This document shows, in pieces, positions 57,388-64,000 of a stretch of 64,000 nucleotides of DNA (its first letter is position 1; each line of letters opens with the position of its first letter). The position numbers were made by a program, and so were the translations under genes. The DNA lies in NCBI GenBank assembly GCA_964304625.1, contig OZ199838.1:8543904-8607903 (forward strand), written 5' to 3'. This DNA is from Kudoa neothunni (lineage: Eukaryota > Animalia > Cnidaria). The notes beneath the pieces were generated by a model that was given only the letters and a program-made list of their open reading frames with translations, had not been told where the DNA came from and did not search any database.

Positions 57388-58068
57388 CAGGGCTGCCAGT
57401 GGTGTTTAAAAAAAGCCCATGGATGGACGGTCAAAAAACCCAAGGTCGAGAAAAACACTACTTTAAAGTAAAAAAAATAGAATCATCTATGAAAGTTTTT
57501 AACCTTCCGATTCAATAATTACGTCTTCAGACATAAATTTTAATTTATCGTAGTATGATTGCCATGTTTTGGCACGAACACCCACTCATAATTGTCTTGC
57601 GTAGATCAATTTACTCACAATTAATTGCTTCATAATTCAAAATATATTTTGAAATAACGCTTAAATTTTCTAATAATGCACTGTCGTTTGATATCGCAAA
57701 TGCTTAAACCCTGCATGACAGTGGTTCCCAACGGAAGGTTCCCGCACCCCTATGGGTGTGAACTGTGGGCTTAGGAGGTGAGAGATTCGATAACAACGGA
57801 AAATAATTTTTCAGAAATTTTGATTCGGTTACACCTTATCGTATGCAAGCGGGTGCGAACTTCGTTTTGTCATCAAATGTGGGTGCGAGTCTAATTTTAG
57901 TTGGGAAACGCTCCTGCATGATATAATCTGAATAGGATACGTCATTAAAAATATAAATATTAATGCCGCACAACAAAACTTTTGTTATTCTTTAATGTCT
58001 GCCGGGTTTCAATAAAAACCCAAGATTTTGTATTAAATGAAAAAAACCTCCAATCCCTGGTAGTCCTG
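57388..58068. mobile_element. Non-autonomous hAT MITE, copy 2
   Basis: Perfect 8-bp TSD ATGGAAAG. Inverted homolog of 8796-9317. Confidence 0.85.
57719..57913. mobile_element. 195-bp hAT (Charlie-type) MITE nested in copy 2
   Basis: CAGTGGTTCCCAAC...GTTGGGAAACGCTC with perfect TSD CTGCATGA. It is absent from copy 1. Confidence 0.85.
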
Positions 58069-58505
58069 ATGGAAAGTGACACTATCGAAAAATGAATAAA
58101 AACCAACAATATCATTCTAATGAGCCACGAAAATTAACAAATGATTTATGACAGATTTTCAAGTAATAAAATTATTGCAGGAAATAAAAATTTGGTTGAA
58201 ATTATTCACCAAAACTTCTCAAATAATACATAAGCAATAATGTCGGAATAAACTCCAAAGTATAATGGTAAATGGTCGCATAGGAAGGATAATATTTAAA
58301 GCAATACAAAGTCATGCATCTGAATAACAATGAAAATGGATAAACCAAAACAACAATAAGAATAAGAATAACCTATCAAAAATAAGAACTAACTCTTAAT
58401 TTGTGAGTTCATAAAACCGTTACCAATACCTAAAAATAACTGTCTATTAGAATAAAGTAAACCATCTGATATCAATAATGAAAATTACAAAATAATTTCG
58501 GCTAC

Positions 58506-60390
58506 TCAACGATCGATGTGATGAGGAGCCAGCTGTGAGATAATCGAATCCATATTTGGAAACAAAGATTCGAATGGATGGTCCCATAGATATCGTGGGA
58601 TGAATTTATCATCGAAACCAATAGTTTCGAGTTGAAATGGCGGGATTTTCTTGCGATAAACCAGAACGCAGAAGTTCAAGATGAATGGTCCATGGAGTAG
58701 ATTGTTATAGATAGCGTTGATGCATTGAAAGAGCTCAGTCAGTTGTTGTGAGGAGAAATGATCACAATAATGAACATTTTTCGCGTTATGCAAGTCGATT
58801 GTATTGTGTTGTTGGAATAGTTGTTTGTTGAGTTCTGTAAGTAGAATATATACAACAGAGTGCAAAAATCCCATCCTTACCTCTAGTTAGTTGCACATCT
58901 GAAGAATGATGTGGAACAGTGACATGTTTTCGCATCAACGTATCAAATTCGGTCAATCTGTCAACCCATTCAGCGAAATTAGTCCCCAACGATGATGGAA
59001 GCATAGCGTGGAAATGTTTGTCCAATGACATTAAAATATATTCCACATCAACAAGTACGCACATAAATCTTGCGTATAATTTGCTGAGTTGTGGAAATAT
59101 AGTGTAGGGTATCGGATTGAATGAGTAGTCATAGTTTGGTTTGGATGGATTTCTCGATCCGGGTATAACTTTGAAAATATTCTCAATAGCAACTAGTTGA
59201 TATCTCAGTAATTTCCTGCATAAGCTAACCTTTTTTTCAATTTTATCACAGAGATTCGCGTGTTCTGACGAAATGGCTTTTTGATGATAACTTTGACGCC
59301 ATATTTCTTTACAAATATTTTTGAATGAGGTGTCATCTGACGAACCATTCGAAGTTGGATGGAATTTTGTTACTATCCTATCCATTGAAGATTTTTTCAA
59401 TTGTGAGGATAATTTGGATTGATCGAAAATCGAACAACAGTCCGCATCTCCTAAACTATTTGCAATCGAATCGAAAACTCTCAGACGACAACAACTGATA
59501 TTGATCTGTTCATTATAACCAATATATTTAAGTGGTTGATTATTGCAACATAAGTCACACATCTCAGCTGATGGAAAACGATTGAGATTTTGGTTCTGAG
59601 ACAAACTCGAACAACCTTCTGATATGATATGAGGTTTGGAGGTGATAATGGTTGGAGAGATTTTTGCAATATTGTAATGTAAATTTGGATTTGATGAAGA
59701 CGGTATCTCAGCTATCGGCCATATGTAATTTAGAGATTCGCTTCTTTCGGGGGGTTTGACTAAATCGTCTGTGCTAGAATGGCTGCTATCGTTGGCTTCA
59801 TTGCTCACATTCGACATAACGTTGTTTCGAAAAATGCAATTTTCCAACTGTTTATAGCTGTTTTTTTGTTCGAATGCGTGTGTTAGTAACTTCTTAGCAT
59901 CTTCTTCGACCGCCTAAATATGTTCATTGTTATTTTCTATCAGTTGGTTATAACTTATGAATGTGTCATGGAAGTTAATAATGTATATTAGGAACAATTT
60001 AATAGCTATTTCGTTAGTAGTTGGGAAAAATGTGCAATGACACACCAATGGATACAAACTATTAGTACAGTAACAAAATTTTCAGTCTAAATTGCACTAA
60101 CCCATCCCAAAGATAAACATATACACGTGTTGGTTATCATTGCTCAATTAATCACACATAAATAAAGATGGCATAATTACCTGGGAATATTTTGGTGTGG
60201 TTTTGTCTACGTCGTGAGAAATAGCATCATCAATAGAGCAATCATTCGGATGACCCATTTTAAACGTAGTCTGTGTGAGTGAATTATCCAGAGCGGAATC
60301 CTGAATTTAATATGGATTTGAAAACCGAATAAGTGAGCTTCAAATTACTATGCTACCAACTTCATCTTCCAAAGAAGTTTTGCTAACCAT
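58506..60390 (-). CDS. Hypothetical multi-exon protein, no family recognised
   Basis: A ~1 kb open exon (ORF 58786-59847) is joined by a short GT-AG intron to ORF 58506-58874, with upstream exons at ~60181-60300 and ~60361-60390. The start codon is uncertain. Confidence 0.7.
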
Positions 60391-60813
60391 TTCACGAGCA
60401 ATCAGCCTCCACTATATTAGCCGCTATATGCGAATTATTAATCTGGTCGTTAAATTCTTAGATATACTAAATTCTCTGTAGCGGTAGAATTCACTTAGCA
60501 ACTTCATATTACATTGTAATTTTAAATTTATTTTCAATTCACCATAGAAGCTAGATTAAGAGGAAAACAAACGCAACACACTTTCAAAGTCTATCTGAGA
60601 TATAATCCGTTAAGTAACTTCTAAATGTTGACACATGAAAGGAATTAAAATGGATCCCATTATCTTATTATTTTTTTTTGGAAAAACAAAAAATTTATCT
60701 CCAGAATTTATAACTAACATAGTTATAGTTCTAAAGCAAAATTTAATTTTTTCGATACGGGCTCACGCCGACGACCTATTACGCTGTATTCCGATCAATA
60801 AAACGTGGATAAA

Positions 60814-61581
60814 ATGACCGAAGTAGTTCAAAATGATGCCATTCCTGATAACACTGCTAAAGTTGAGGGTACCAAACTAAACTGATTACATTTTTAGGAA
60901 TTTTTCCACAATAGATGTGATAGATGAATCTGAATTGCAGAACCAAGTCCAAGATCTATCTTCTCGTATGAAGGAAGCAGAAATGGATGCAAGCCATCAC
61001 AAATCAAATCGTGCTGAGAAAAAAGCAAAAAAAGCTCTCCTAAAATTAGGACTTGTTCCAGTGCCTGGTATTCAGCGAATTATGTTGAAAAGATCGAAGA
61101 ATGTTTTCTTTACCATCGCTTCCCCCGATGTATATAAATCTCCTACATCTAACACCTATGTTGTATTTGGTGAAGCTAAGGTAGAACTTTTGGCGTTTTC
61201 CTTTGTTTTATTAGTTGCAGAGTGGTGACCTATCTCTTCCAAATTTTGGTGCTGAAAAGCCACAAAATACAACCTTAACAAAAGACGACAATCTCCTTGC
61301 TGCTCAGACCGAAAAACTTGCCGATACTACTTCAACCGGTCTTCCTGTAATTGTTAAATTTGTTTGGTGAACTCTAATTTTTAACTAGGAGGATAATGAT
61401 GCTGATGGTCTCGATGAAACTGACATCGAAATGATCATCAATCAAGCCAACTGTAATAGAGGTCAGGCAATTGCTGCACTTAAGAGTGTTAATGGTGATA
61501 TTGTTGAAGCTATCCTGGTAACTTTTTTGTACTGATAATAAATTATTATTGTTTACATAGAAACTATCAGGGAGTGAGTAA
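60814..61581 (+). CDS. NACA: Nascent polypeptide-associated complex subunit alpha
   Basis: [55 protein letters not shown] and UBA domain [34 protein letters not shown]. Four short introns. Confidence 0.95.
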
Positions 61582-63406
61582 TGAAGCACCATTACAACGC
61601 AATTTATTTTAAATCAAAAATTTCGTAGGCCTGAGATACATGATGTGCTAAATTTTGTCCTTTACATTAGTAGTTGTTTTTTCCATTTTTCCTCTAGCGC
61701 AAAATTCTCGTTATTTTAGCTATCATTAATCTCATTTTAAACTTTTCAAGTGATATTATATCATTGCGAGTGATCAAAAAACAATTTTTTTCTTTCTCGG
61801 TTTAGTATCTAAAATTCCGGTTCCTTCCGCGTTGAAAGTTTATTCCTTTGTTGTTCGTACAAAACGTTCGTTTGGTTATTGGAGCGTATATCTTGCGTTG
61901 GCTTTAATGTCGCCCGTTTAAATGGAAATGATAGTTGTTATATTATGAAACTTTAATAAATATGTAAGGTTATTTCAATGAAATGTAAATATTGGATAAT
62001 TTTGAGGGATAGTGATCATCTACCATCACATATATGATGATGTCTTCAGTTTCAATAGTTCTCAAACTGCATTTAGATTGAACAATCTTTTAATCTTAGT
62101 TGGGTAAAAATAAAGAAATATCTTGGCACCGCAAAACTGAGCATATCTCGAGTTTAATACACTTTAGAAAAAACTGAATTATAATTATACGCATTTTTTG
62201 CAGATGGAATTTACGAATGCTATATTTTTATCATTTTGTTTAATAATTTTCACACTAAATTAATCTTATCAATAATACATGAAGTGGATGTTTTTTAACA
62301 TTTAATCCCTAAAAATATTAAATTGATCGGCAAATGCCGTGCTCATTGTATCAGTTTTACATACGTTGAGTTGTTAAACTCCAAAAAAATTCATTGCAAA
62401 ATTCAAATATATTTATGTAATTCTTTCGGTAAATTATTATAGAAAGTTTTCAATAGTATTCTGTGTTTGTTTTTGGTCGAATATAAAATACGTCAATGTG
62501 ATTTATAGCTGGAGCATATTGATATTGACGAGAAGTTAGCAAGTAATTTTTATGGAGAGTTGAAAAATCAGAAGCTACTAGAATGTGACAAAAAATCATA
62601 ACATAAAGTTTTTAATACAACAAATGATCAATTCCCATATTGTCTAAAGTTTTCATTTATTTTCTAAAACAGCTTTACTTTCTTGAGGGTATTAATGCAT
62701 TCCTCAAATTAATTGATGCTTTCTTAATTCTAAAAAGAATATTAATACAGTCAGCGACCGGTTTTATGCACTGTTTTTGGAACGTTTTTCAAAAAATGGA
62801 TAAATTTTGTTTAATATTCGGAAGAATTAAACGAAATGAAAAAAAAAACAATCAAAACATGAAATAATAAAATACGCCCACAATAGCTCCCCAAAAGCTG
62901 CCGATTTTGTTACTATAAAGAATCAGACATTTCCTTCATATCCAACCCTTATGAAACTTAAAAAAACAAAAATAAATTGGGTTAAATGATTGAACACAAA
63001 CCGATTATTGTTTTCACTTGCGAATTTTTTGTGACCAAAATAACTAATTATTTTATTTCTAAGTGAAAAAAATTATTTGTTTCTTAAATATATGCGATTC
63101 AATGATACTAAATAGCTATGTATATTAATATACGCGCGCCGAAAAGTGCGTAAAACCGATCACTGACTGTATATGCGACATAATCAAGTACCGCACGCGC
63201 CAGTTTCATTTTGAACTTGAAATATTGTAATAAAGTTGCCACATTTTTTATATTCAAGTTTAATAAGTAATGTTAAATTTACAATTAGAAGCACGATAAA
63301 TGTTTAATTCCACCAAGAATATTTTGATTATTTGAGGGAGCGATGCGTAGAAGGGTGTTTTTTAGGTGCCACATCCTACCCTATTACCGCATAATCTACT
63401 ATCTAC

Positions 63407-63850
63407 CAGGGTGGCACAAGATTCAATAAAATTTGTCCACGACCGACCTTAGATAATCCATATAGAAACAGCTGCGAGCGCACAATCTTCAAAATACTTT
63501 CATGCATTTCATTTTATTCAACAACTGTTATAATGATCCAGAGGAGTTATAATCTCTGAGAAAAATTAACTTATCAAAATGACTTGGCTTTAAGCGATTA
63601 TAGATTTTTTGCAACGTTAATCCAACCCTTGAGGCATGTCTTTTACATTCCGTAGAACTCACAGGGATGGAATAAATTGACCTCGCTAGATGTTTGAGGT
63701 TAGGGTGAGCGCAAAAAAGTATCAATAGTAACCGTGAGTCTTCTTTTTGGAAAAAGCCTAGGTTAACGTAGAAGGGAATCAGCGAAGGTATTATTAACTT
63801 GTATTTTTAAATTTTAATTTCGAAAAAATCTAAAATTATGCAAAATATAT
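63407..63850 (-). mobile_element. hAT 3' fragment (dimerisation domain)
   Basis: HPNLKHLARSIYSIPVSSTECKR..RLKPSHFDKLIFLR, with a CAGGGTGGCAC end. Confidence 0.7.
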
Positions 63851-63852
63851 TA

Positions 63853-64000
63853 CAGTAGGTAACCGATTTTCCGTGATCCCTTTGGGACCATGGGAAAAGT
63901 TACTGTAAATGCGCACGCAAATATAAATAAAATATGTATCTGTTTTAAAGAAATTAATTTCATTTATACATGTATCTCCTTTTATTGAAATAATATGTTA
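63853..64000. mobile_element. pogo/Tigger end, same family as 17635-19201 (runs off window)
   Basis: TA|CAGTAGGTAACCGATTTTCC. It is an inverted match to ~19080-19201. Confidence 0.8.

Noticed and set aside
61900-63300. Possible further TE remnant downstream of NACA
   Set aside because: It is too degenerate, with no termini or diagnostic motif I could support.

Overview
This is a very AT-rich eukaryotic (metazoan-like) window, not prokaryotic. It holds seven host genes split by many very short (~35-70 nt) canonical GT-AG introns: PCNA, ACTL6/Arp4, CCDC47, DDX23/PRP28, a lysosomal-type histidine acid phosphatase, an unrecognised orphan gene and NACA. Between them lies a dense, nested set of DNA transposons: Merlin, hAT, pogo/Tigger, piggyBac, Mutator, Tc1/IS630 and non-autonomous Helitrons. 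I saw no recognisable retroelement. Compact introns, divergent proteins and this TE mix would fit a reduced parasitic animal such as a myxozoan, but that is inference only. Scattered +1 insertions in essential genes suggest unpolished long-read consensus. The most notable observations are: (i) transposases of two unrelated superfamilies (Merlin, piggyBac) each appear to carry two host-sized spliceosomal introns; (ii) a young Tc1/IS630 element has an unusual DD32E triad and one in-frame TGA; (iii) a Helitron family has a verifiable A|T insertion site and alternative 3' ends; (iv) three piggyBacs form a head-to-tail train at shared or adjacent TTAA sites; (v) a GCGC motif sits just upstream of several start codons; (vi) there is a C/D-box-bearing hairpin. 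All calls are from manual reading and no searches were run.
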